Virus record (IMG/VR): IMGVR_UViG_3300025011_000016
Origin: a virus
Lineage: Duplodnaviria > Caudoviricetes
Strand: one strand, 5' to 3'
DNA: 64,000 nt
The position numbers were made by a program, and so were the translations under genes. Shown here one piece after another: positions 20,217-32,000 of this stretch. The stretch's first letter is position 1; every line of letters begins with the position of its first letter. The notes beneath the pieces are model-generated. The model made no database searches and had not been told where the DNA came from. It worked only from the letters and a program-made list of their open reading frames with translations.

Positions 20217-20530
20217 CGTTTAGGTCTTATGGTAAGTTCTCCATTACCAGATAATATTTTAAAAATAAAGTTAATATCAATAGTGGGTGGTATTAAATTC
20301 TTTAATAATTGTGTAATTTTATTTCTAATCTCAGTAATATCTTTTTTACGATCTATCTTGATAATCATCTCTTCAGAAGTAAAACTAAAGTTATATTCAC
20401 CAGTTATCTGACTTCCCAACCTAATTAAAATTGAAGTCGCATTAATTTTATTCTTCTTAATTTTTTTCAATTGATCATAGATATAATTATTGACCAATCT
20501 ATTCTCAACTATTTCTGCAATTTCCGACAT
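20207..20530 (-). CDS. Hypothetical protein
   Basis: 107-aa ORF with RBS GAGGTG. Confidence 0.6.
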   Translation of the reverse strand: MSEIAEIVENRLVNNYIYDQLKKIKKNKINATSILIRLGSQITGEYNFSFTSEEMIIKIDRKKDITEIRNKITQLLKNLIPPTIDINFIFKILSGNGELTIRPKRNV

Positions 20531-20599
20531 AGTGGAACACCTCTATTCTTTTATATAATTAATATATTGTATATAGGTAAATATAAAATAACTATTTTA

Positions 20600-21256
20600 T
20601 TATATAATAGAATCCCTTTCTATTATGTTATCAATACCCTCATTATATACTTTCCACGATTCAACTTTCTTCTTATTGAACTTGCAATCATACTTGTCCA
20701 TATATTCAATATGAATTTCTATTCGTGGTTTAAATGAATAAAATTTTCTTACCCTTCCATCTATTATGAGACAATCTTCAATCAATAAATGTTTCTGAAT
20801 CATATCTGAATAAGTCTTACCGGCGTTATCCCAGTCGGGTCTTGGGAGAGCGCATAATGTTTTTAGTTCAGCTAATATCTTTTCAACCTTAGACATATTA
20901 TCGGGCATTTTCATATACAGGTCACAATAAAATTTACATGGTGTGGTTATTAAATGATGTAAGTCCTTTGAACTATCCATAAAATCCTTAAATATATCAT
21001 TATAATTCTTGGCATCCTTCACATAAAAAACCCTTCTTCTACCTATTCTTGGGCGAGCCGTTGCCTGTGGAAAGAAGTAGAAAACAAAGTCTAATGATTC
21101 CCATTTTACTCTTTTTAATTTCATTAAAGCTTTTTTAAGATTGTCGATGTCTTTAGTCGATGGCTTTAATAAATTTAATATATATTTGAATCGTTCTGAA
21201 AAATCATTTGGTATGTGATCATATTTTTCTTGATATTCTTTAATCCTTCTCTTCAT
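20600..21256 (-). CDS. rusA: RusA-like Holliday junction resolvase
   Basis: RPDWDNAGKTYSD...IEDCLI...KFYSFKPRIEI matches the RusA PDxDN..K...D motif. Confidence 0.75.
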   Translation of the reverse strand: MKRRIKEYQEKYDHIPNDFSERFKYILNLLKPSTKDIDNLKKALMKLKRVKWESLDFVFYFFPQATARPRIGRRRVFYVKDAKNYNDIFKDFMDSSKDLHHLITTPCKFYCDLYMKMPDNMSKVEKILAELKTLCALPRPDWDNAGKTYSDMIQKHLLIEDCLIIDGRVRKFYSFKPRIEIHIEYMDKYDCKFNKKKVESWKVYNEGIDNIIERDSII

Positions 21257-21265
21257 ATTACACCT

Positions 21266-22993
21266 CTATATTCTAAATAACGGTTCAATTTTATTCCGAA
21301 TATTTTGTACAAATTCTTTATATATATTACCAGGTAGATCAATAGTTGAACCAAAGAATACTGAAAACATAGTTTCTAATCTGACCATAAAATTAGGTTT
21401 GGTTATGTCGATACCACATGATACTGCTAAGAATTCTATCAATCCCTGATTCTGAAAGAATAATTCTGGTTTACTAGTAGAGCTAATCATCAAATTACTA
21501 TACAAGTCCTTTATACCTATTTGAACTTTCATTTCAGTTGGTAAACCATCTACTGTCCAAGATTCACCATTACCACCTTTATCAATACTTATAGAATCTA
21601 TTATTCCCAATTCGCAGGAAAACCATCCTTTGGCAAATGCTTTTACTAAGAATGGTGCGGAATAACTATTTGCCCCAGTTTGTCTCGGCATAGCTAATCC
21701 TAATATATGCATTAATGGAACTAATATATTTAGATAAATACTTTCTTTATCACCATATGGAGATACTAAATTCATACTCACACTATATGATTTATTATAT
21801 GCGGAATCGCCCCATAATTCAGGGAATAGTATATTAGATCCAGTTAAAACTTTATCTGACATACCAAGTAATCTAGACCAGAATCCATCTCCTGAACTAT
21901 TAACCATTTTTTGAGATATTTCTTCTAAATTATTAGCGAATGATTGTTTAGCAACATCAATATTTTTAAGATTGGCTGTATTAGTTAAGAAAGATAATTC
22001 TTTAATTATTCCCTCAGTACTATCAAACATTCCTTCCATTTTTGATTGATGTGTATTATTATTTGATGATTCCGAGAATGATGTACTGGGTTCTACATAA
22101 AATTGCACGTATTTATATCTACCGAACATGAGATCATATATGTCAGTTTCAACTGTAGATACATCAAATAGTGATTTCTTCGGAGTATCTTTAGGCACAT
22201 AATCGCTTTTATACTTGTAATCACTCCAGTCGTAGTATTTATATGGTGCTCCATCACCAGGACCTTTTAAATCTCCAATCTGTAGATATAATGCACAAAC
22301 CCTACACATGAGATTGACATATTTCATGTATTCTGCGTAATCTGTCAGAAAATCAAAATATCTTATTTCTGATGTATTCCCAATTATCTTTAGTAATGAA
22401 TCTTGTGCTTCAGGTTCATCCGTAGTTTTACCTGTAAAAAAGGATGTTATTGCTGAACGGTCATCAGCAGATACATCTGGTAGATAATTAGGACGACCTG
22501 GAACAAAATATATTATAGGGGATTCAGCCACTATGTTCTCAAGATATTTTCGCCCTAGATCTAAAGAATCGTTTATTCTGAAATCAGTTTCTTTTGTAAA
22601 TTGAAATGGGCATCCGAATAGTCTGGTTGAAGCGTCGATCTTAACTTCATACTTTTTTGTTGCTGCATATAACATCTCTATTATTTTAGCATCAAGTCCT
22701 GGGCTAGTTCCAGTCGCTGGAGGTGTATCAGTTGAACCTGTAGATGGTGGTGATGTTGTGGGTGAAGTTAATGGTGGTACATCTGTACCAGGAACTTTTG
22801 TTGCATATGTTCCACATATCCACCCCCTACCATCTGTTAAACCATACCAAACAACTCCACCGACAATAACTAATTTATCAACGTTTACAACAGTTCCTTT
22901 TGGTATTGAACCACTGATTGGATAGTTAGTTCCAGCACCTTCTCTGAAATTTAAATCTGAAGAATTCGTTGTTATAGTTACATCATATGACAT
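21266..22993 (-). CDS. SH3b domain fused to a baseplate tube-cap-like (T4 gp48-like) protein
   Basis: N-terminal SH3b (LNFREGAGTNY...WYG...WICGTY), a Pro/Thr linker, then LVSPYG...SAPFLV...GIIDSISIDKG...GLPTEM.V.I.IKDLY. Confidence 0.6.
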   Translation of the reverse strand: MSYDVTITTNSSDLNFREGAGTNYPISGSIPKGTVVNVDKLVIVGGVVWYGLTDGRGWICGTYATKVPGTDVPPLTSPTTSPPSTGSTDTPPATGTSPGLDAKIIEMLYAATKKYEVKIDASTRLFGCPFQFTKETDFRINDSLDLGRKYLENIVAESPIIYFVPGRPNYLPDVSADDRSAITSFFTGKTTDEPEAQDSLLKIIGNTSEIRYFDFLTDYAEYMKYVNLMCRVCALYLQIGDLKGPGDGAPYKYYDWSDYKYKSDYVPKDTPKKSLFDVSTVETDIYDLMFGRYKYVQFYVEPSTSFSESSNNNTHQSKMEGMFDSTEGIIKELSFLTNTANLKNIDVAKQSFANNLEEISQKMVNSSGDGFWSRLLGMSDKVLTGSNILFPELWGDSAYNKSYSVSMNLVSPYGDKESIYLNILVPLMHILGLAMPRQTGANSYSAPFLVKAFAKGWFSCELGIIDSISIDKGGNGESWTVDGLPTEMKVQIGIKDLYSNLMISSTSKPELFFQNQGLIEFLAVSCGIDITKPNFMVRLETMFSVFFGSTIDLPGNIYKEFVQNIRNKIEPLFRI

Positions 22994-23016
22994 AATGAAA
23001 ACCTCCTTTAAATATA

Positions 23017-23057
23017 AAAACCATAGAGATAAGATATTAATCTTATCTCTATGTTTT
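23017..23057 (-). terminator. Terminator hairpin for the tape-measure gene, overlapping a late promoter (23044-23055)
   Basis: Arms AAAACCATAGAGATAAG / CTTATCTCTATGTTTT. The minus strand reads AACA-TAGAGA-TA. Confidence 0.65.
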
Positions 23058-23067
23058 ATATTAATTA

Positions 23068-26000
23068 TTAAGTTATTCTACCTCTAGCAATAGTTTTGGC
23101 CACTTCATAGTTTCTAGATTCTTTATCCTCTTTCTTAGTCCCCATTCCCATAAAAGGATTTATACTAGTACTAGTTTGTCCTGGAGCAATAATAATATTA
23201 TTTTGTGAAGTATTTCCAGATGTTGGAGGTTGATTATTTGATACATCAACTTGAATTTTCATATTTGAAAGACTACGTATACCATCAGTTGTATTACCAG
23301 TATTCGATGCTATTGATTGTAAGACATGTATAGCTTCAGATAATAACTCATCACTAAAGCTACCTGTATTTGATGCTTGTTGATTATTACTCATATATGA
23401 TCTTACTGCAGGAGAACTTCCTGATGAGAAACTTGGGAATGACAAATTATTCATAACTGTGCCGTTATCTGGATTAGATGTGAGTTTGCTTGTTATAGAG
23501 TCAGTTAATTCTCCGAAACCACCAGGTACATGTTGTGCCCCATATCCACCTTGTTCTGGGTCCCAATCAGATAAGTCTGAGTATAATCCAGACATCCTGC
23601 CTGAATATATGCCAGAATGTTTACCCCAATAACTCTTTGCTTTAAATTCATTATATAAATGATCAAATTCAGATTTACCAGTTTGAGATGTTTTTGAATA
23701 TGCTGACATAAATGGACTTATATTAGCAGGTCCAGTATTTGCAAAATCTCCTAAGAATACTATTGATCTAGGATCTGCTATTTTCTTAGGAACTACTCCA
23801 TATTTATATACTTGAGATAAATTTGTATCTCTAACATGATTCATAATCATGTCGTCTTCAACTTGTTTAGTAATACCATAATTGCTAGTTAAGAAATTTT
23901 GCAATCTAGTTTGTTCCGAATTAGACCAAGGAGAATTACTATTCCAATTAACTTTATTAGCAAAATAATTAGCTTCACTGTTACCAGGTAATTTTGCCGC
24001 CATATTTTGCATAAGTTGTTTAGCGTATCCACCTCTCCATTGTAAAGCTCCAATGGATGGTGATATAGATTGTCCTGTACTTCCATTTATGTCATTCTTA
24101 GCAAAAGTATAGTTTCCATTAGATTCATGCTTAATAGTTTCTTCAGCAGTTTTCTTCAATATAGCATCTTGTAAATTCTTTGGTATAAAATCAATACCTG
24201 CTGTACTAGATGGTGCTTGTATAGGTGAACCCGTATCATCAGTTCCCCAAGATAATTGATCATTTCTTCCAAAGAAGGCATTCTCAGTATATATACCCAT
24301 TAACTCACTCAATTTACTAAATAAATCTTCACCTGAAAATGGTCCTTCTTTTTTTGCAACAGATGGGCTAGAACTCGGTGTATCTGTACTTGGTGTAGGG
24401 ATAGGTCCACCACCATATTTAAAGCCCCATGCTTGTTTAGCCTCATTCATTACAGTGTTCATATTATATGAATGTGAATATTTTTCTCCTCTTGGGTCGT
24501 TAATCATAACCTTATTAGGACCATCATTACCAACAGCTACTACAAAATGTCCGGCTGAAGTAAATGGTGAATTTTCTGAAGCTGACGATCCGGGTCGAAT
24601 TCCAGATAATACTATAGGCACACCATTATCTAACCAATTTCTAACAGTTCCTTTATTTGAAGATGGATCGATCTGTGTTGTTTGCATACTAAACTTCTTT
24701 GCTATATCATTAAAATATCCCCAACTAGTTCCTTGATTCGTACTATACCCATCTTCTTGTGCGATCTTAGCCATTTGAACTGGAGTATATTGCTTACCAG
24801 TTAATTGAGATACAACCATCGCGGCTGATGTTGGCCCACAACCACGTTTTTCCATTGCTGGATTAGGTGAGTGTCCTTTTCCTGGACTATAATCATAAGG
24901 AACATTAGCCCAACGATCATCGGCTTGGGAATAATATGAGAAGTTATTAACAGTCGATGGGGCTTCTCCAAAACCACCATTAAATCCACCCATACCACCT
25001 CGACGAACATTAGATGTAGTATTGGTACTGAAGTTCGCATCTTTAAGCTCAAGATCGGCATTTCCATTGAAGAGGTTTACAACCGAATTCCAACCATTCT
25101 TTACTTTATCTCCAATTTTACCAAAAGTATTTTTCATACCATCAGCAATATTTTTAAAGAATGATTTTATTGGTGTAATAGCATCATCCACATATCCTGA
25201 GATAACAACCCAAGTATCTCTAAAAGCCTTAACTATAGGTTCTGTTTTCTCATTAATATCCTTTTTAATTCCGGCCACTTTTTCATCAACAATTGACGTC
25301 ATAACGGACCAAGTATCTCTAAATGACCCTGAAATCAAATCGACTTTTTCACCAACATCTTTTTTAATCTCAGCCACTTTTTCATCAACAATTGACGTCA
25401 TAACAGCCCAAGTATCTCTAAATGATCCAGTTATCGAATCTAGTTTTGTGCTCGTTTCAGTACTAATCTTTTCACTGGTCTTACCTAAATTAATACCTAA
25501 TGTATCTATAAAGTTATTTGCCGTAACTCCAATCCCATATATAGTTTTTGCAGTCTTTTCAGAATCTAGTATACCCAATGATGCACTTTCCAGCCCACCC
25601 GATATTCCTGAGGCTATTCTCATTCCAGTAGATATAGTTCCATTACCCGTAACATTGAGATTCTTTTTAACGGTATCGTTATTTATAAAATCACCAACTA
25701 TTGGCATATTATTGGCGACCCATTTAGTATTGTTAACAATACCATTGCCTACATAACTAGCTCCCTGAGAAATCTTCCCACCAACGTAACTAGCTCCATT
25801 TTTAATTCCACCGACAACTTTATCGGCAATAGTTGGATTTGTTAAGGCATTATATTCATCTGGAGTTAAATTTTTATTATTTTCGATATTATATTCTTCC
25901 AATTCCTTTTTAAAGGCACCTTGATTATTTTCTAATTTAATTCCTTTATCGTCACCAGCCCATGCTGCATATAAATAATTAGCAATCATTTCCAGAAAGC

Positions 26001-29000
26001 CTGTTCCTCCAGTTATTGATGAGGCTATCGTATTTCCTTGGGTAGCACTGACAAATACATCGTTTGCTATATTGATCAAGAAGAACCAACTAAAATTTAA
26101 CATCCCCTTCATAGCAGATGAAATACTCTTCATCATATAATCAGTCTGCTCTGGGTGTACTCTGAACAAATGAGACGCCTCAAACCACCCAGTTACAAGA
26201 CCATATGTTACCCAAGTAGCATCAAGTAAGCCTAATGTTGCTGCAGATCCTGCTAAACGAGCAGTACCAGCTAACCATTTAGGAAGTGTCTTTCCAAGAA
26301 CCTCTTTCGTGAATACCTTAGTTACAGTTGCGCTTATTGCCCCAAAACCTTTTTTAGCTTGTGGGCATTTCTCCCCAAGATATGCAAATAATTTTGACAT
26401 CATTTCTTGAATAGTTTTTTGAATTTTAGCTATCTGTGACCCTTTAACATCATTGGCCATTTTAGTCGAATCCTCTATAACAGCTAGACCGGATTCTTTT
26501 ACAACAGAAGAGGGTTTCCCTAATATTTTAGTCAATACTTTTTTACCTGTATTAACTATTGGATTTACTACTTTGGTGCCAGTTTTAATCATTTTACGCC
26601 CACCAGCTACCATAGGTTCCACAAGTTTCTTATTTAAAAGTCTGGTGCCATATACGAGTCCTTTACCAACATGCTCGGCAGTATCCATATCTGTTATCGG
26701 ATTACCATAGGTATCACTGTGATCACCATCGGTTGGGGAATCAGTTTTACCTATAAACCAATTAAATAACTTCTTTAAATATGGTAATGCCATTAATGCG
26801 GCTGTTGTGATTAAACCAGCCTTACCAAATATTCCTAACCAATCTGCTCGTTGGCCTTTAATAAGGCCAGCAATATTGCTTAATAAAGATACCTCTTGAA
26901 TCTGACTATTCTGAGTAAATTCTCTATCCTCTCTGGCTTGATTTTGAGCTATAGTAAAAGAAGCGGTTCTTCTGGATACTTGTTTCTGGTCAGCATTCAA
27001 CTCAGCTTCTTGTGCAGCTTCTTCAGCTCTGGCAGCATCCTCTTTATCTTCTTTAGTATCAAAAATATTCATTGCACCGAGCATTGAGTTTGTAATTTGA
27101 TCCATCCCATTAGATATAGAACGGAAGGGAAGTACTTTTCCTCTTGTTGATGAACCTGAGTTTGGAGATGGAGTGGTTGATACTAATCTAACTGGTAATG
27201 TATCCGATGAAACTATTCGTACTGGCATTGGAGTTAAATTCCCTGAATGGGTTACTCCATCAGTTCCTGTAGGAGCTAAAGTTCTTGCACTTCCATTAAT
27301 CTGCATTACCCTAACTTCTTTAACTAAATCTAAAGAACCCCCGGCTATAATAACCTCACTTTTCCACCCAGCCATTTTACCAATAGAACCAGCTAAGAAC
27401 TTAATAGGTGATGTTACAATTTCAAATAAACTATCACCAATAGAAAGTAATTTCTGACCTACTGATGTGACTACATTAAATGTGAAATCTGTTATAGCAC
27501 TTGCCGATTTAAACATAAAGTCAGTTACCATAGGAACCATTTTGAATAGTGCACCTACAGTACCAGATATAGCTTTACCAACAGCTTCACCAATACCTTT
27601 TGTTATCATACCTAAACCTTGTCCAACACCGAGAAGTATTTCTCCAAGGCCTTTACCGAAACCGATTAGTGAATGTGATACTAAACCTAATGTACCACTG
27701 AATAATTTAGCGACACCTTTTAATGATTCACCAATGGCAGGTCCCACAATCTTTAATGATTCAGCGACCGTTTGTAATGCAAATCCAACAGTTTTTACTA
27801 TAGCTAATGGTAATTTAACTAAAGCCAATAATGTTTCTTTACCAATATTTAATACTTCTTTACTAAAATTCCACATCCCCTTAGCTATATCGACAGGAAT
27901 TTTTACAATTGCTTTACCTACACTTACAATTGTAGTACCAAGAGTTGATAATTTATCTCCAACATATCTAATTGGTTTCATCAATAATTCTTTAGCTGTG
28001 TCAAAAGGTTTATATAAAGCTCTTTTTATTTTACCTAAGAAACCAATTCTATCCCTATTAGAACTACCGGATAGATCTTCATCTCCTATACCACTTTGTT
28101 GTTGTAATAATTTTCTTATTTTAAATACATTACTACCAACACCATCTAATTGACCTTTTACTTCTTGAGCAATAATCTTAATATCGCTGGCCATATCATT
28201 CATAATTTGAGGTTTAAATTCTAATGTAGACGTCTTACCAGATTTACTAACTTGAGGTGCTAAAGTAGTTGTATTTGTTTTATTTGAAGAATTATCCATT
28301 ATAGGAGTTGGTCCATTATCCTGTTGAGAGTTATTAATTGGTGGAACTAATTGAAGAGTGGGTCTTGATTGAGTTGGTCCACTTTGAGTTGTTGGTATAT
28401 TAGAACTTTTCGATTGCCTATAATCATCTAAACTAACAACGGGAAATGTAGACTTATTTGATTGATTTGGATTTGACATATTGTTAGCTTCAGCTATTCT
28501 AGTATTAGCCGATTCAATAGGATTTCCTTCACTACCATGAGTTCTATATACATCAACTATTACGTTACCATTTCTATCAAAATTATCATAATCGTTATCA
28601 GAACCAACACCACGTCTTCTATTAAGTTTATCCCACTTAGCATCCAATATAGCTTTCTTCTCATTATATTTAGCTGCAGTATCGGATGCTCGTTTAGCTT
28701 TAGCAATCTCTAATTCCTTAGCATAAGGTGCTCCTTCAGAACTATTCCTAGCATCTTCAATAGCTTGTCTATTGAATATACTGTCTTTAACTGAACCCCA
28801 GAAACCTCTTTTCTTACGATAAGCCGCAACACCTTGCTCTTTATGTCGAGCCATTAATCCTTCAGATAAACCTTCCATAGCTCTAAGTGGTGCTGACAAT
28901 AATGGCCCAAATATTCTACCAATACCATTAAGAAGTGTTGATAAGAAACTTTTCAAAGGTTTCATAACATTATCATTCATAAATTGTCCAAAAGGTTTAC

Positions 29001-32000
29001 CAACAAATTTCTCAAAGGAAGTCCCTAAGAATGTTTGAAAGTTTTTCCAACCCTGAACAAAAGTATCTTTTAAGCTCCTAATCATAAGAGTCATTTCATG
29101 TTTTAAAGGATCTATTGCATTTAAGAATGGATTAGCAATACTCTCCCCAAACCATTTTTGTATATTAAGGTTTATCTCTCCGAATTTTAATTTTAAAGGA
29201 GCTAATACTTCTAACTTTGTCCAGTTAATAAATTTCCCGAAAAGTCCTCCTTTTCTTAATTGTGTATCAGCATCGAATTCACCAAACAAAGCCTTTCTCC
29301 ATTTATCTGAAGATAATGCAATACCTGCGGCGGCACCTAATAATGCTCCACCAATAGGACCACCAGGTAATAGCATCGCACCCATTAAACCAAATTTACT
29401 TGTAATCATACCAAGTGCGGCTCCACCAGCCGCACCAGCTCCCATATTACCAAATAAATTTTTATTCTTTCCTTTTCTAAATTGACCAAATAATTTGTCT
29501 ACAACTCCACCTTGTCTTTTTCCATCAGCATCTTTCTCACCAAACATCGCCTTTTGAAAACGTTCGGATCGTACTAATAAAGATGTGCCAACCCCTAATA
29601 TAGCCCCACCGACAATTCCTCCAGGTAAGAAAAATGATGGTAATAAGCCGAAGCTAGTTAATAATGATTTAGCGGCTCCCATACTAGCTCCACCAATTAT
29701 ACCAACCTTATTCTTCTTTAAAAAATCAGTTGTTTTTTTACTAACAAAACCACCAATTCGAGTTCCATTAATATCCTTAGGACCAAACAACCAATTATTA
29801 AATCTATCTGATTGGGATAAGAATCCCATAGTAGTCGCGACTACAGCCCCACCAATAGGGCCACCTGGTAATAATAACGAGCCTAGTAAACCTAATTTAC
29901 CTCCAAATAATAAACCAGCAGTTCCACCTAATAAACCATAAGCTAATGACTTTGGTGCCTTCTTTTTAATATTTTTAAATAGTTCATCCATGACAATATG
30001 ATTCTGATTATCTTTACCACCAATTCGTTTTGGTCCAAACATAGCATCACTAAAGTTTTGGAAACCTTTACCAATACTACTAACAATTCCAGAAAAAACA
30101 CCTTTAGTATTATTAGTAGGATCATTAGTATCTTTCTTGCCAAATAAATATTCTTTTAAATTTCCTTTAAAGTCTTTAAACATCGATTTCAATTCACCGA
30201 AAACACTAGAATTATTATCTGAGAATTTATCACCAGCTCTATTAGTATAACCTTTACCAGTGAAATAATATTTAGCCCCATCCCAGATATCCATTAATGA
30301 ATTTGCAGTTTGGGAGAATACACCATTTTCTCTTGCCCCATTAGCTCCACCCGGATCTCCAAATAGATAATTGGCTAATTTAGAGAGTTTACCTTTAGCT
30401 GTATTAACCATTTCACTATTTTTCAATTTAGTTATAAATCCATCTTTTCCAAAGAGAGCATCTTTAATCGGGAGAAATATCTCTGTCTTCATCCATGTAG
30501 AAAATGTTTCAAATTTAGTTTTCATTAATGATAAAGTCTTAGAAAAAAATGAAGTGTTCTCATCAGTTCCTTGTTTACCAAACACCATTTCATACATGGT
30601 TAAATCTATCTTCTTAAATACACCTGATAATAATTTAACTGGTGCCTGAAATAAATCATTGACTTTCTCTCTAATCATATTATATCTTTCTTGAGCGTCA
30701 CCTTTAAAGAATTTACCTGCCCATTTGAATATATTATTACCTTGATTTGGTCCAGGAACTTTATCTCTTTCACTCACATATGTTCCAATTTGAGCTTGAA
30801 AATCTCCTTCTCCTAGACCCGAATCTGAAAGTGAATCTATTGTTCTTTGACCATGATTCATTCTCTGACCAATTTGAGTTTCAGTTGATGGTGTGATTGT
30901 ATTATTCTTTCGATTTCTTTCTTTTATAATATCTTCTCTTTGTTTCATTCTCTTTAATCCACTACTACTATGAGTCGGTGGAACGAATGGTGAAAGAGGA
31001 TCTGTATTAGTTGACTGATTTGGAAATACTATTATGCCTTTAAGTAATATTTTTTTAATATCACGTAAATAATCTAAACTGTTAAGATCATATGCATCGG
31101 ATGGCAATAACCCTCCGCCTTTTTTTAGTTTAAACTTACTTGGATCTTTAGTATCGCGAGTAAGATGACCATCTATTCCAGCTTCATTAAATATATTATT
31201 AGCATTATTCTTTAAAGGATTCTCCTCGGCATCCATCATGAATCTGTTTTGTTCTCTACGGGCATTAATTACGCCCATACCAAACATCTGTGATTGCATA
31301 TTCTTAGGTAGAGATAGAATCAATTGTCTAAAGAATTTCTGCTGATCCCCTTTAAATTTAAATACATCAGCTAGTTCATCAACGGCATTACCATTTTTAT
31401 CTTTAGTACTAGTTGGATTTACAAGATAATTAGATTTTGCAAGGTTTATAAAGAAACTATCTATATCTTTATAAAATTTATTACGTTCCACACCATCTTC
31501 AATATAAAATGAATTAGCTCTATCTTTTATTTCACTAATAGCATCACTAAATTGATTTAGAACAGTTCTTTCTTTCTGATCATCAAAATCTTTTTTCATT
31601 TGATAAACTGATCCAAATGTTCCCTTATCATAATCGAAACCCATCTCTTCTTTACCTGTTAAAGCAGAGAGTATTTTTCTTAAATATGTTGGTATAACAT
31701 CAGTTATTGATTTCTTAACATACCCATCAAAAGGAACTGGCCCTTTATTAAACTTAGACATATCTACAGATGATTTTGTTTTAACATTAGCTCCAAACAC
31801 CTGACCAAATAATTGCATTATAGGATTATCAGATTTATAAGCTAGTCTGTTAATTTTCATTAGCATGGCTGGGAAAAATCCCTGAAAGGACTTATCCATA
31901 TCTGTCATCGCTGACTTAAGCATATTTGGTATTAAAGCTGTAACTATTTTAGTTGAAATAAAACTTAAGGGTGAGGCCGCAAGGAATTTTAAAGTATCTT

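Noticed and set aside
26453-30649. Plus-strand ORFs opposite the tape-measure gene (e.g. 27467..28153, 29585..29941)
   Set aside because: Typical antisense shadows of a long codon-biased gene, without RBS or recognisable motifs.
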